Assembly (NCBI GenBank): GCA_016786665.1
Contig: JAEUVZ010000032.1
Coordinates: 1 to 64,000 of the forward strand
Length of the DNA: 64,000 nt
Direction: 5' to 3'
DNA from: Flavipsychrobacter sp.
GTDB lineage: Bacteria; Bacteroidota; Bacteroidia; Chitinophagales; Chitinophagaceae
Shown here: one piece after another, positions 12,701 to 21,125 of the stretch
Layout: each line of letters starts with the position of its first letter
How positions within the stretch are numbered: the first letter of the stretch is position 1
Made by a program: the position numbers and the translations under genes
Notes under the pieces: generated by a model
What the model saw: the letters and a program-made list of their open reading frames with translations, nothing else
What the model was told of the DNA's origin: nothing
Databases searched by the model: none

Positions 12701-12775
12701 GCACAAGGTCTGTACACCATCCGCGTAAAACAAGCAGGTACATCTGCTCAAATGGCTAAGTTTACCAAGAAGTAA
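6794..12775 (+). CDS. Giant (~1990 aa) repeat-rich surface protein with about 25 SprB/HYR-like repeats and C-terminal T9SS type A (Por secretion tail) domain
   Basis: An ATG at 6794 gives the signal peptide MKRNRLLLLVMVLFSSLAAQA; the track ORF opens upstream at 6710. It carries ~76-aa tandem repeats (TNV.CNGG.NGSATV.A.GGT.PY.YSWAP.GGTAATA.GL.AG.YTVTVTD.N.C...TYTITEP). The C-terminal ~560 aa are homologous to ORF 1..1787, ending LYPNPVAGSELFVSL...GLYTIRVKQAGTSAQMAKFTKK. Confidence 0.75.
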   Translation: MKRNRLLLLVMVLFSSLAAQAQCGKYYVQDMDPWSSTSNQQAMDQVFGTGAWTQANYSTSVATVFSPSNCFVVLEGSDNNPALTSYITNNQAVIENWVAAGGRLFINSAPNTGSTVGPMFGGVSIVYPDFSGTGSAPNTSHPIFLGPNTPTATSWTGGSYCHANVTGTGLTSIMDGDPGKMGLGYKLWGSGVVFFGGMTQPQFWSPQPESYNMWNNIFHHVWNFTLTDITASIGASTYCGGATDNVTYTSTGVTFNTGNVFSVELSDAAGSFSTPTTIGTLSSTSASGSIAVTIPTGIGGTGYRIRVVSSNTAYTGSNNGSNIAISNVSVVSNSQTNVLCNGGTGSASVTAGNGTGSYTYAWSPSGGTASSATGLSAGNYTVTVTDANATSCTATQAFTITEPAVLTLTPSSTNETPCNNSNNGTASVTMTGGTAPYTYSWSTGATTSGITGLVAGSYTVNVTDNNLCAASHTFTITEPTVITGIPSQTNVSCNGGSNGTATVIAQGGGSPFYAYSWAPTGGTGTTASGLSAGNYTVTITNGFGCTGTQTYTITEPTAISIAPSQTNVLCNGASTGTATATVTGGSGFYSYSWAPTGGTGSTALNLAAGTYTVSVTDFNFCSASQTYTITQPTALTLTSGGQTNITCNGGNNGSATVSVSGGTGAYTYSWSPNGGTAATANNLTAGMYTVTVTDANNCQGTLTYNITQPAAMAATGSQTNVSCFGGANGSATVAATGGTLPYTYSWAPSGGTAATANGLSAGNYTVTVSDFNGCSVTHTYTITQPSQISTLGVQTNVSCFGGANGSATVLATGGTGAYTYSWAPAGGTGTTANGLAAGTYTVTVTDANLCTATRTYNITEPAQMLTNATVTNVSCFGLGNGSITTAMSGGVAPYSYYWTPNGQTAASISNLVPGSYAVIVTDANACNITQNFTITQPTVLTASGTQTNVSCFGGANGTATAIPAGGTAPYSYSWAPTGGTAATATGLTAGNYTATVTDFNGCTTTQTYTITEPTQLVSVPSQVNVSCNSGSDGSASVAVSGGVAPYTYVWAPTGGTAATASNLVSAVYTVTITDFNGCTLVNTFNISQPTYLSTTGTQVNVSCNGAADASATVIPAGGTPGYTYSWAPTGGTAATASNLVPGTYTVTVTDANGCTAIRTYNVTEPAVLVSSGAQSNVLCNGGASGAASITAVGGTLPYSYDWQPGGMNTPSVTGLVAGTYTATVTDANGCITAQTYTISEPTAITYQASQSNVLCNGGASGTATIAVAGGVAPYTYNWLPTGGTAATETGLTAGTYTVNVTDDNGCMVSEVYTITEPATLTVFATANSPVCSGQDLNLTGTVAGGTAPYSMSWYGPNNYSSSMAISTISNVQVAAAGTYTFSVTDNNGCVSSALTAVAVNETPQVTTQPQPVTACFGTSASFSVTAIGTGISYQWRANGANIPNTGVYSGANTNTLNISDVTGLNGIVYDVIVSGVCTPDTSIGVTLTAPSFNTWTGTVDTAWSNAANWQCGIVPTLVTDAIIPASAPKMPLVDIPGAQANSVTINSGASLAFVGTGNELEIVADITNLGTFNPSLGAVKLSGTGAQSIPGGTYAELELAGSGVKTTTGNIAITGALLLNGGYLQLGANNLTLTATGGVSGGDASSFVVTNGTGVFIAQGLGNGGIIMPVTFPVGTTPGIYTPASILNSGTIDNFSVRVIENVYSDYVNEVPVGGALSSNSVKKTWFINEAVDGGSNAVVSLSWPLSEELPGFNNSLSDVSHYIEDSSNWSSGPVSQATGTTTLFTQSRPNVTSFSPFGLGTQNNPLSVSAVTLAGVYNVATRAVDLTWDKSNDKDVIAYSVERSLNGTSYKAIGNRYAGEDTYTLSDVDAMSLGTKQLYYRVRVLSNDGYVYSNTVKVDLGTMLVTHGMTLYPNPVAGSELFVSLTNNALATDMEVSVVDMLGKEVSKAHYEAGSYNPAAIPVNVSDLAQGLYTIRVKQAGTSAQMAKFTKK
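7780..10760 (+). repeat. Tandem ~228-bp DNA repeats (about 13 units) inside the giant adhesin gene
   Basis: Near-identical nucleotide blocks recur, e.g. caaaccaacgtgagctgctttggcggcgctaacggttctgctac at ~8941, ~9175 and ~9637. The period is ~228 bp, equal to one protein repeat. Confidence 0.7.
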
Positions 12776-12797
12776 GCTCCGGTCATATATCATATCA

Positions 12798-12836
12798 CTG
12801 TCCCCGCGATTCCTTATCGCGGGGACAGTTTTTTTT
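12798..12836 (+). terminator. Rho-independent terminator after giant adhesin gene
   Basis: Perfect 13-bp stem ctgtccccgcgat/atcgcggggacag with loop tcctt, followed by T8. Confidence 0.8.
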
Positions 12837-12897
12837 AGGCTGGGCGGGTTTTCGTTTTGTTGCCGCCATCCGCTATCTTAGTATTCCTTGTTGTATT

Positions 12898-14727
12898 ATG
12901 AAAGAGACATCACCCGCACCGCAGCAGTTTTCCATATTCAGGTTTATCCCCATACGGCTGGCGCCCTGGCTGATGGCCATACTGGCGTGTATTATATATA
13001 TCAATTCGCTGCCCAACCAGTATGCCCTGGACGATATACTGGTACTGAGCGAGAACAAGTATGTGCAGCGGGGCTTTGCCGGCATACCCAAAATATTATC
13101 CTCCGATATGTTTGCCAGCTACTACGAGGACTACGGGGTAGAGCAGATGCTTTCCGGGGGAAGGTACCGCCCGCTGGCCCAGGTCACATTTGCCATAGAG
13201 CACCAGTTTTTCGGTTTGTCCCCGGCGGTGAGCCATACGGTCAATATGTTGCTTTATGGTGTGCTCGCCTTTGTGATGTTTTCCGTGTTGCTCCGTTCGT
13301 TTCGCCTCAATGCCGACCTGGTTTTTATCACCACGCTCCTCTTTGCGGTGCATCCCGTGCACACCGAAGTAGTGGCCAACATAAAGAGCCGGGATGAAAT
13401 TTTTTCGCTGATGTTCCTGCTGCTCAGTTTCCGGTACTTCTTCAATTATGTAGATACCGGCAGGAAGGTGCAGCTCCTGTTTGCGGCGCTGGTACTTTTC
13501 CTGGCCTTCCTGGCCAAGGAGTATGCTTACGGCTTGCTCGTGCTGCTGCCCCTGGCTATATATATATACCGGCAACAATATAGCAGCGGGCGGCTGTTTA
13601 CCTCGCTGCTGGTTTTTGCAGGGGTGGCCGCCTTGTGTACGGGCATCCGTATTTCGGTGGTGGGTATGTCGATACAGGAACAAAATGATGTATTAAACAA
13701 TCCCTACCTGCATGCCTCGGCCGATGAAGCCCTGGCCACCAAGATATTCGTTCTCAGCAAATACCTCCTGCTCCTGCTGTTCCCGCACCCGCTTTCTTCC
13801 GACTACTCCTATCCGCAAATCGCTTTTCTCGATTTTTCCAGTCCGCTGGTGTGGTTGTCAATGGGGCTGTATGCCGCCATTGCTGCGTATGGTATCTATG
13901 CCTGCTACCAGCGCAAGTTCATGGGTTTTGCCATTATGGCCTACCTCATTTTCCTCTTTCCCGTCTCCAACTTGCTGATAGATATAGGGGCTACCATGGG
14001 CGAGCGCCTGCTCTTTCATGCGTCTTTCGGCTTCTGCCTGGCTGCGGGTTACCTGCTGGTACGCGCCCATGAGCGGTTTTCGCTGCCCCCGGCGGCAATT
14101 GTAGCCCCGGTGCTGCTCATAGCAGCCCTCGGTTCGGCCAAAACCATCAGCCGGAACCCGGATTGGTACGATACGGATACGCTCTTCCTGAAAGATGTGC
14201 AGACTGTACCTAAAAGCGTGATAGCTAATAACAACGCCGCTGACGCAGTAATTAAAAAGGCGGATAAAGAGAAGGACCCGGCAAAGAGGGCGGAACTGCT
14301 GGAAAAAGGCCGCCTCTACGCCCGGCGGGCGATAGAGCCATATCCTGAGTTCTGTAATGCATTGATAAACATGGGCCTGGTAGAGCATCTTTCGGGCCGG
14401 AACGACAGCGCCATGAAGCACTGGCTACTGGCGAAAAAGTCGCTGCCGCAGTCGCCTCACTTTCCCCGCCTGGCGGAGTTCTTCTTTAACAAGGGCATGA
14501 GCGAAGGCACGAACGACCTGCCGCAGTCTGTACAATATTTCAAAATGGCTATCGGGCTCGATAGCTTTAAGTCCAATTACTGGTCTAATATGGGCGGGGC
14601 CTACTTCACCATGCAGCGGTACGACAGCGCATTGTATAGCTGGCAGACCGCCCTGCGCATCAATCCGCAGGATGTGGAGGCGCAGAGGGGGTACAACGCA
14701 CTCACCCAGCCACAGCCGGCTAAGTAG
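12898..14727 (+). CDS. GT-C superfamily (PMT/TMTC-like) polytopic membrane glycosyltransferase with C-terminal TPR repeats
   Basis: It has ~10 predicted TM helices. The first loop carries an acidic DD motif (YALDDILVLSENKY). The C-terminal soluble region has TPR-like repeats (YFKMAIGLDSFKSNYWSNMGGAYFTMQRYDSALYSWQTALRINPQD). The architecture resembles TMTC/DUF1736 O-mannosyltransferase-like proteins. Confidence 0.5.
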   Translation: MKETSPAPQQFSIFRFIPIRLAPWLMAILACIIYINSLPNQYALDDILVLSENKYVQRGFAGIPKILSSDMFASYYEDYGVEQMLSGGRYRPLAQVTFAIEHQFFGLSPAVSHTVNMLLYGVLAFVMFSVLLRSFRLNADLVFITTLLFAVHPVHTEVVANIKSRDEIFSLMFLLLSFRYFFNYVDTGRKVQLLFAALVLFLAFLAKEYAYGLLVLLPLAIYIYRQQYSSGRLFTSLLVFAGVAALCTGIRISVVGMSIQEQNDVLNNPYLHASADEALATKIFVLSKYLLLLLFPHPLSSDYSYPQIAFLDFSSPLVWLSMGLYAAIAAYGIYACYQRKFMGFAIMAYLIFLFPVSNLLIDIGATMGERLLFHASFGFCLAAGYLLVRAHERFSLPPAAIVAPVLLIAALGSAKTISRNPDWYDTDTLFLKDVQTVPKSVIANNNAADAVIKKADKEKDPAKRAELLEKGRLYARRAIEPYPEFCNALINMGLVEHLSGRNDSAMKHWLLAKKSLPQSPHFPRLAEFFFNKGMSEGTNDLPQSVQYFKMAIGLDSFKSNYWSNMGGAYFTMQRYDSALYSWQTALRINPQDVEAQRGYNALTQPQPAK

Positions 14728-14736
14728 TGCCGGGCT

Positions 14737-15840
14737 CTATATCGTGTTGTTCTCCTGTACTACGTGGTCCACATAGGCGCTCACCAGGCTGTTAAACTCT
14801 GTTTCCTTTCCAAACAGGATAGATACCGTAATGGGCAACACCACCACGGGGATATTCCATTCCCTGATTTTATCAAGGTGGAGGTGTAACCGCGCAGCAT
14901 CTTTTTCAGTGGTAACGATAACTTTTCCGGGCACGTCCCAGTTGTTGTAGGCGCTCTTTATCTCTTCCAGGTCGCTGGTCACAAAGTAGTGGTGATCCGG
15001 GTAGGAGAGTGTATGCACCTCCCTCGCCAGGCCTTTCACATAGTTTTCCATTGGGCCCGGCCGGGCTATCCCAGTTACCAGTATCGCATTGGTTCCCTCG
15101 AGGCTCGCAGGTGCCCCACCATCAAATTCATAGGGCTCCCCATATTGGATGGTGCTGAAGAAAACGTGCTGATGGGATTGTTTTTTTAATTGATTTTCAA
15201 TCTTTTGTGCTTCTTCTATCAATAGGTTTGGTGGGCACTTGGAAACGACGATGATATCGGCGCGCTTATACGAGCTGCGGCCCTCTCTCAGGGTGCCGAA
15301 GGGTAGAATATGGTCTTTATAGTATGGTTTATGGTAATCGGTAATGAGTATATTCAGCCCTGCTTTTACAGAACGGTGCTGGTAGGCGTCGTCCAGCAGT
15401 ATCACATCGGTTTCCGGTTTGCGCTGCAATAGCTGCGGTATTCCCGTCATGCGTTCTTCTGCTACGGTCACTATAGCCTCCGGAAACTTCAGGAAGTATT
15501 GCATCGGCTCGTCGCCTATGCGATAGGCATTGGTGTCTTTTTCTGCCAGCAGGAAGCCGCTGGTGTTCCGTTTGTAGCCCCGGCTCATGGTCGCTACAAT
15601 GTACTTCTGCTGCAGCAGGCGGATAAGGTACTCTACATGGGGAGTCTTCCCGGTTCCCCCCACCGACAGGTTGCCCACCGATATTACAGGCGGGGCAAAC
15701 TTTACCGAGTTCGACATCCCGGAGTCATACATTTTGTTTCGTATCCATACTATGGCTCCGTAAACCAGCGCCAGCGGGTAGAGGAGGAGCCGGAGTACCG
15801 AGAATATCCTGTAAAAAACACTTTTGTTATCGTTGCTCAT
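14737..15840 (-). CDS. lpxK: Tetraacyldisaccharide 4'-kinase
   Basis: P-loop VGNLSVGGTGKTP and LpxK-type N-terminal membrane anchor. Start set at ATG 15840 (MSNDNK...), which forms an ATGA start/stop overlap with the upstream gene. The longer track ORF would overlap that upstream gene. Confidence 0.88.
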   Translation of the reverse strand: MSNDNKSVFYRIFSVLRLLLYPLALVYGAIVWIRNKMYDSGMSNSVKFAPPVISVGNLSVGGTGKTPHVEYLIRLLQQKYIVATMSRGYKRNTSGFLLAEKDTNAYRIGDEPMQYFLKFPEAIVTVAEERMTGIPQLLQRKPETDVILLDDAYQHRSVKAGLNILITDYHKPYYKDHILPFGTLREGRSSYKRADIIVVSKCPPNLLIEEAQKIENQLKKQSHQHVFFSTIQYGEPYEFDGGAPASLEGTNAILVTGIARPGPMENYVKGLAREVHTLSYPDHHYFVTSDLEEIKSAYNNWDVPGKVIVTTEKDAARLHLHLDKIREWNIPVVVLPITVSILFGKETEFNSLVSAYVDHVVQENNTI

Positions 15841-16868
15841 ATCAGTCCGGCGTGGTGTAGTGCGTATTCTAATATCTTTTCCTGGGGGTGGAAGGGTTTT
15901 ACCTGGTTGAGTTTCAGGTATTCTATACCAGCCAGTACAAGCAGGGCTTTGTCGGCAGGTATATCCTGTTCCTGCTTCAGATAGCTGAAGGTTCCGGCTT
16001 CCAGCAGGCAAGACTCTGGCATCAATCCAATCAATTCACTTCCAATTAGTTGTACTCCTTCTTCTAAAGCTATCGCTTTACATGTTTCCCACGCTTGTAG
16101 GGGAGATGTTACCCGGTAGTCCAGCAGATTCATTGATACCTGGGCGCAGTCAAAGTCTGAAGTGTACCAGCCGATCGCCCGGGTTCTCGGCAGAAGTCCG
16201 GGTATTTTAACTGATTGGTTTTCAGTTATTTCGGTAGTCCCACTTGTACGTAGTCGTTTAGCGATACGGTCGGCTTTTTGGGCATCCTGGGTGTCTATGG
16301 AGATGTTGAAAGCGACCAGTATGTCCCGGGCGCCTATTATGGTGGCTCCCGTCTTTGGGTTAAAGTCTTTTGGGCCGAAATCGGGTGCCCAATCGGGCAT
16401 TTTTATCTTTTCGGCGAAGCCTTCGTACTGTCCTTTGCGAATAGAAGGCAGGGCCTTACGGTGGTGCTGCGAGGCGGAATGTTCGTAAAGGTATATTGGT
16501 ATATTTAATTGATTTCCAATTTTTTGAGATAGTTTAGTTGAACAGTCTATTGCATCATTTATGGTCATATTATACAGCGGCACTAAGGGGCAAACGTCAG
16601 TAGCGCCTATACGGGGATGTATCCCGCCTTGTTGGGTCATGTCTATCAGTTCGGCAGCACAGGCTATTGCCCGGTAGGCGGCTTCAACTACTGCTTCAGG
16701 TGAGCCGGCAAAAGTCATTACAGTACGATTGGCCGCCGGGCTGGCATCAATGTGGAGCAGGGCGGCACCATCTACCGACCGGATGGCTTCGGCTATAGCA
16801 TTTATTTTTTGCTCATCTCTCCCTTCGCTGAAGTTGGGGATGCATTCTAAAATTGGCTCGGTCATTGA
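15837..16868 (-). CDS. ftcD: Glutamate formimidoyltransferase (formiminotransferase domain protein)
   Basis: N-terminus MTEPILECIPNFSEGR matches the conserved FTCD formiminotransferase start, with strong similarity across the whole N- and C-subdomains. The stop overlaps the lpxK start (ATGA). Confidence 0.85.
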   Translation of the reverse strand, partial: SMTEPILECIPNFSEGRDEQKINAIAEAIRSVDGAALLHIDASPAANRTVMTFAGSPEAVVEAAYRAIACAAELIDMTQQGGIHPRIGATDVCPLVPLYNMTINDAIDCSTKLSQKIGNQLNIPIYLYEHSASQHHRKALPSIRKGQYEGFAEKIKMPDWAPDFGPKDFNPKTGATIIGARDILVAFNISIDTQDAQKADRIAKRLRTSGTTEITENQSVKIPGLLPRTRAIGWYTSDFDCAQVSMNLLDYRVTSPLQAWETCKAIALEEGVQLIGSELIGLMPESCLLEAGTFSYLKQEQDIPADKALLVLAGIEYLKLNQVKPFHPQEKILEYALHHAGLI

Positions 16869-17029
16869 TGTAAAGGTATGAAATGTATAGCGCTGCAAAG
16901 CGGCATCCCAAACCATAAGCTCATCAACTTTCCAAAATCAGGCATCACGAAATATGATGAACGGTGTAACTTTATGGCTTCGTTGCCGATATACTAACGA
17001 TAGTAAAATAAAATTGAAATAAAATCTAT

Positions 17030-18034
17030 ATGAAGAAACAACTACTCGCCGCACTTTTATTGCCGGTCACTGCACTGGCACAACCCACGCTCAGTCATGT
17101 GGAAAACTACACCATCGGTACTACATTACGATTTATTAATTGCGACCCTGCTGCCGCTGGCCCCGCAGGCGCTAACCAAACCTGGAATTTTGGGAACCTG
17201 TCTTCCCTGAACGATACGGCAACAGTATGGGTGATAGCTCCGCCTACTACCAACAATCCGTTCCCGGGTGCCGAGTTTGTGCTGCAGGACGATGACAGCA
17301 GTTACCTCTACTACGACACCAGCGCCACGGAGATAAACATGATTGGCTTAGTAGATTCGTCAACATCCAATTTTGGCAATATGGGCTACAGCAACCCGAT
17401 GCTGATCATTCCCAGGCCATTCACCTACATGGACAATGCGGCCGATAGCTTTTACAACCAGGGCACTTTCCTCGGTTTCAGCTTTACCGGTGCCGGCGGC
17501 ACTATGATGGAAGCCGATGCTTACGGAACCCTGCAACTGCCGCACGATACATTTACAAATGTATTACGTATTAAAACCTATACAGAAGAAGAAGACATGA
17601 TTACGGGGCTGGGTATGCTCAATACCCGTATTGCGTCGTACACCTGGTATATTGATAGCATACCGGGCGCACTGCTGCGCATCGACTCTATGAAGTTTAC
17701 CGGGGCGTACAACGACAGCTCTGTAGATGTGCAGTATTATTATAATGCACAGCCTACGGGACTGGGCGAAGTAAAGGCTCATAAGCTCCAGGCTGCTGCG
17801 GGTATTACGGGAAACGAACTGGTATTGTCAGCTTCTTTTGAGCAGGGCCGCCAATACGAAGCCGCCGTATATAGCCTCAATGGCCAAAAGGTGTACAGCA
17901 CAGCATTCCCCGGGGCATCCGGTACGCAGCGGCTGACTATGGGCAGCGACCTGGCTGCCGGTACATATATAATTACCCTGCGCAGGAAGGGCGATTTCCG
18001 GTCGCAGGTAGTAATGAAAGTAGTAAAGCCATAA
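17030..18034 (+). CDS. Secreted hypothetical protein with T9SS type A C-terminal sorting domain
   Basis: Signal peptide MKKQLLAALLLPVTALAQP. C-terminal ~75 aa (ELVLSASFEQ...AAVYSLNGQKVYS...LAAGTYIITLRRKGDFRSQVVMKVVKP) match the Por_Secre_tail pattern. Confidence 0.55.
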   Translation: MKKQLLAALLLPVTALAQPTLSHVENYTIGTTLRFINCDPAAAGPAGANQTWNFGNLSSLNDTATVWVIAPPTTNNPFPGAEFVLQDDDSSYLYYDTSATEINMIGLVDSSTSNFGNMGYSNPMLIIPRPFTYMDNAADSFYNQGTFLGFSFTGAGGTMMEADAYGTLQLPHDTFTNVLRIKTYTEEEDMITGLGMLNTRIASYTWYIDSIPGALLRIDSMKFTGAYNDSSVDVQYYYNAQPTGLGEVKAHKLQAAAGITGNELVLSASFEQGRQYEAAVYSLNGQKVYSTAFPGASGTQRLTMGSDLAAGTYIITLRRKGDFRSQVVMKVVKP

Positions 18035-18108
18035 AGCGCTGCTACAACAACAGAACACGGGCAAAGTTGCGGGTATCCCCCGCAACTTTCTTATTTTACG
18101 TACCTGAT

Positions 18109-18699
18109 ATGAACTGGTTGAAAGCGCCCATAGTGCTGCAAGGTGTCCGCGTAAGGCTGGAGCCCCTGGCATCTTCGCATTTCCCCGCCCTGGTGGAAAT
18201 AGGGAAGAATAAGAATATATGGACACACCTGCCGGTAGACGGAAGCGATGGCACCCTGCTGGAGCAGGAGTTGAAAAGCGCCCTTGTTCGTAAAGCATCG
18301 GGGGAGGAATACCCGTTCGCTATTATAGATGTTCAAAGCGGTAATGCGATAGGAAGCACCCGCTTCTATAATATATACCCCGAACACCGGAAACTGGAAA
18401 TAGGCTGGACCTGGTATCATCCCGGCTGGTGGGGTAAGGGGCATAATATAGAGTGCAAATACCTGCTGCTGCGCTATTGCTTTGAGGAGATGGCCGCCAA
18501 CCGGGTACAGCTGCAGACCAGCGAGGAGAACCTCCGGAGCCGTGCGGCGATACTAAAGATAGGGGCAACGTTTGAGGGGATTTTGCGTAAAGAACGCATC
18601 CGCCCCAACGGTACTACCCGCAATTCCGCCATCTTTAGCATTATAGATGATGAATGGCCCCAGGTGAAAGCAATGCTGGAGGCCCGGATTGCCGGCTGA
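18109..18699 (+). CDS. GNAT family N-acetyltransferase (RimJ/RimL-like)
   Basis: Acetyl-CoA binding region ...IGWTWYHPGWWGKGHNIECKYLLLRYCFEE...; ~196 aa from ATG 18109. Confidence 0.75.
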   Translation: MNWLKAPIVLQGVRVRLEPLASSHFPALVEIGKNKNIWTHLPVDGSDGTLLEQELKSALVRKASGEEYPFAIIDVQSGNAIGSTRFYNIYPEHRKLEIGWTWYHPGWWGKGHNIECKYLLLRYCFEEMAANRVQLQTSEENLRSRAAILKIGATFEGILRKERIRPNGTTRNSAIFSIIDDEWPQVKAMLEARIAG

Positions 18700-18712
18700 A
18701 TAGTATAATAAG

Positions 18713-18737
18713 AAAGGAGCGGCATCCCGCTCCTTTC
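18713..18737. terminator. Bidirectional hairpin between convergent GNAT and flotillin genes
   Basis: gaaaggagcgg-catc-ccgctcctttc is a perfect 11-bp stem. Confidence 0.6.
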
Positions 18738-18757
18738 CGTTATTGTCCGGTTACTAC

Positions 18758-20680
18758 TTAGTTGTTCGTTTCCCGGTTCTCTTCCTTGTTCTTCTCATTC
18801 AGCATGTCCATCAGTTTCAGGCCCATTAGTCCGTTCAGCGAGCCATCGGTACCGTTGCTGCCATTAATGATAATGTCAGGTATTATCTTTATTTCGTTCT
18901 TACCTATCTCTTCGGTTATCTTGTAGCGGGTAAAGTTATCGCCGCCCATCGCCTTCACCTGCAGTTCGTAAGCCTCCGCTGTCGATTTACCGATGGCGAG
19001 TATCTTCTCCGCTTCGGCATTACCCGTTTTTGATATCATCTCTGCTTCGGCCTCCGCGTTCATCTTGGTAGCGGCTGCCTGGGCGCCTGCCCGCAGCTTC
19101 GTGGCTTCGGCCTCCGCGTTTGCCCGCATTTTGGTGGCTTCCGCTTCGGCGTTCACTTGTAGCTTCAGGCTGGTAGCGTCACCCTCGGCCTTCTTTACGG
19201 TGGCGTCGGCGGTGCGCTGCGATATTTCTACGCTCTGCTGGGCTTTCACTATTTCCTTTTGCATGTCGGCAATAGCCGTTTCGCGTTCTACGCCCTGGCG
19301 CTTTTCCTGCGCCATTCGCTGGGTTTCGTACGTCTTTTCTTCTTCCTGCGCTATTTTACGGTCGGTCAGCGTCTTCATCAGCGCTTCCGGCGGAACGATG
19401 TCGCCTATCAGGGTGTCTACCGCGTTCACGTTATACTCTTCCAGCACGTGGCGGATGTGCTCGCGGGCCGACTCCTGGCGCTCCTTACGCGTAGTGAGGA
19501 ACGATATCACATCACTATCCTGCGCCGAGTTCCGGAAATAGTTACCAATAGTAGGCTCCAGTACCTGCGATACCAGGTTGGTCATGCTACCGAACCGTGC
19601 TATAACCTTAGGCGCCTCGTTGGCGGGAACGTGAATGATCTGCGCCACGTCGAGGTTGAACGGGAAGCCGTCCCGCGAACGAACGGTGATAGTAGACAGG
19701 TTCTTATCCAGGTCGTGCGACTCGCTGCGGGCGTTCGCCCAGTTCAGCACCAGGTTAGTGGTCGGCACCAGTTCTACCTTCATGGTATAACTGTTTACGG
19801 GATATTTACCGGGGCCCAGTGGCTCCATCCATACACCGCGCTCGCCCTTGGTCACTATATTGCCGTGCTTAAAGGTATCGCCTGTTACGTCTTTGCCATC
19901 CTCTCCTATATACGATATCACTACGCCTACATGGCCTATAGGCACGTCGGTCATAGGTATCTGTTCTACCTGCACCGCCCAGGGGTTTATGTAGTAGGAG
20001 CCCGCCAGTATCACCTGTGGCTGCAGGCCGCGGTTACCGCCGCTGTTCATAAAGGTATCTATGTCCTGGAAGTTGTTGTGGCCGTCTATATACTTACCGG
20101 CTATCTGTCCTATCTTAATAGGGTCACCATCCAGGGTGGTTACTATGCCCACCATGTTTTCCTGTACTATTACCTGGTCGGTAATGGCTACTTCAAAAAG
20201 GTAGGTATTGATACGGTACGATCCCGCGGTGATGTACGCCGTTTGCCGGCCACGCTGTCCGCCACTTTCCAGGAAGCGGAAAGCATCCTGGAAGTTGTCG
20301 CTCTCTACCCGGCGCGCCAGTATGCGCCCGGTGGGTATTTCGGCTCCGTCTTTAGAAAGCACCAGGCCTATTTTTCCTTCCGGAATCACGGTAAAGGCTA
20401 CCATGTCTACACTATACTGCCAGGGCCACATAAACCAGTACAGGCCGGGAGCCAGCGTACGGGCCTGGAAGCCCGCCTCTCCCTTGGTGGCAATAATACG
20501 CCCGTCCGGCAGTTCGCGGTTGGCCCCGAACAGCACGAATTTTTTGGTGACCAGCCCTATCTTGTCTTCGGGCACTATCACCATACCGAATATCACCCGC
20601 AGGATGATTTTGTACAATACCAGCGATAAAACTAATACAGCTACCCACCAGTAGCTGGCAATCATGTCAGGAAATGTCAT
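18758..20680 (-). CDS. Flotillin family protein (SPFH/band 7 domain, FloT/YqiK-like)
   Basis: N-terminal TM helix, SPFH domain, then a long Ala/Glu-rich coiled-coil region with repeated AEAEATK motifs typical of flotillins. Confidence 0.85.
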   Translation of the reverse strand: MTFPDMIASYWWVAVLVLSLVLYKIILRVIFGMVIVPEDKIGLVTKKFVLFGANRELPDGRIIATKGEAGFQARTLAPGLYWFMWPWQYSVDMVAFTVIPEGKIGLVLSKDGAEIPTGRILARRVESDNFQDAFRFLESGGQRGRQTAYITAGSYRINTYLFEVAITDQVIVQENMVGIVTTLDGDPIKIGQIAGKYIDGHNNFQDIDTFMNSGGNRGLQPQVILAGSYYINPWAVQVEQIPMTDVPIGHVGVVISYIGEDGKDVTGDTFKHGNIVTKGERGVWMEPLGPGKYPVNSYTMKVELVPTTNLVLNWANARSESHDLDKNLSTITVRSRDGFPFNLDVAQIIHVPANEAPKVIARFGSMTNLVSQVLEPTIGNYFRNSAQDSDVISFLTTRKERQESAREHIRHVLEEYNVNAVDTLIGDIVPPEALMKTLTDRKIAQEEEKTYETQRMAQEKRQGVERETAIADMQKEIVKAQQSVEISQRTADATVKKAEGDATSLKLQVNAEAEATKMRANAEAEATKLRAGAQAAATKMNAEAEAEMISKTGNAEAEKILAIGKSTAEAYELQVKAMGGDNFTRYKITEEIGKNEIKIIPDIIINGSNGTDGSLNGLMGLKLMDMLNEKNKEENRETNN

Positions 20681-21125
20681 GTGTTTAAAAAGTTAATTGG
20701 TTAAATAATGAAATAGTGAGGGTAGGGCAGAGCCAGCCCAGGGGGCGTAGAATGGTGACAGAGGGGTGAAGCCGCTGCTAGAGACAGAAGGATGGTGGAT
20801 GAACCATCTTCTTGTGGTTGGTCATTGTCTCACCTATATAATACAGGAAAGAAGTTACTGCCTCTGCGCGGGGAGCGAAGAAGGTAGCAGTACAAAAGGG
20901 TATGGTTACGTTGCTAGCCGCCATCGGAGACTGAATGATTTAGATATGCAAAAATAGGGAATACTTACAAATCCTAAAAATATTTCGGTGAACGGCGGTT
21001 GCAGGTAGGTAAATGAAGCCTGTAAGTTAGCCGTGCTGTGTTTTCTGAAAAGAGGAAAGGCAGTACCCTAAAATCTATCCCGGCAAATCATCGAAATCAG
21101 CGGAATCGTGGTTACTTTTGCGCCG

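Noticed and set aside
12888-13397. 169-aa ORF overlapping the start of the TMTC-like gene
   Set aside because: It lies in an alternative frame of a well-supported membrane protein gene and has a Cys/Arg-rich low-complexity translation.
14737-16011. Extended 424-aa version of LpxK starting at 16011
   Set aside because: The first 57 codons overlap the ftcD-like gene in another frame. The internal ATG at 15840 gives a canonical LpxK N-terminus and an ATGA coupling overlap.
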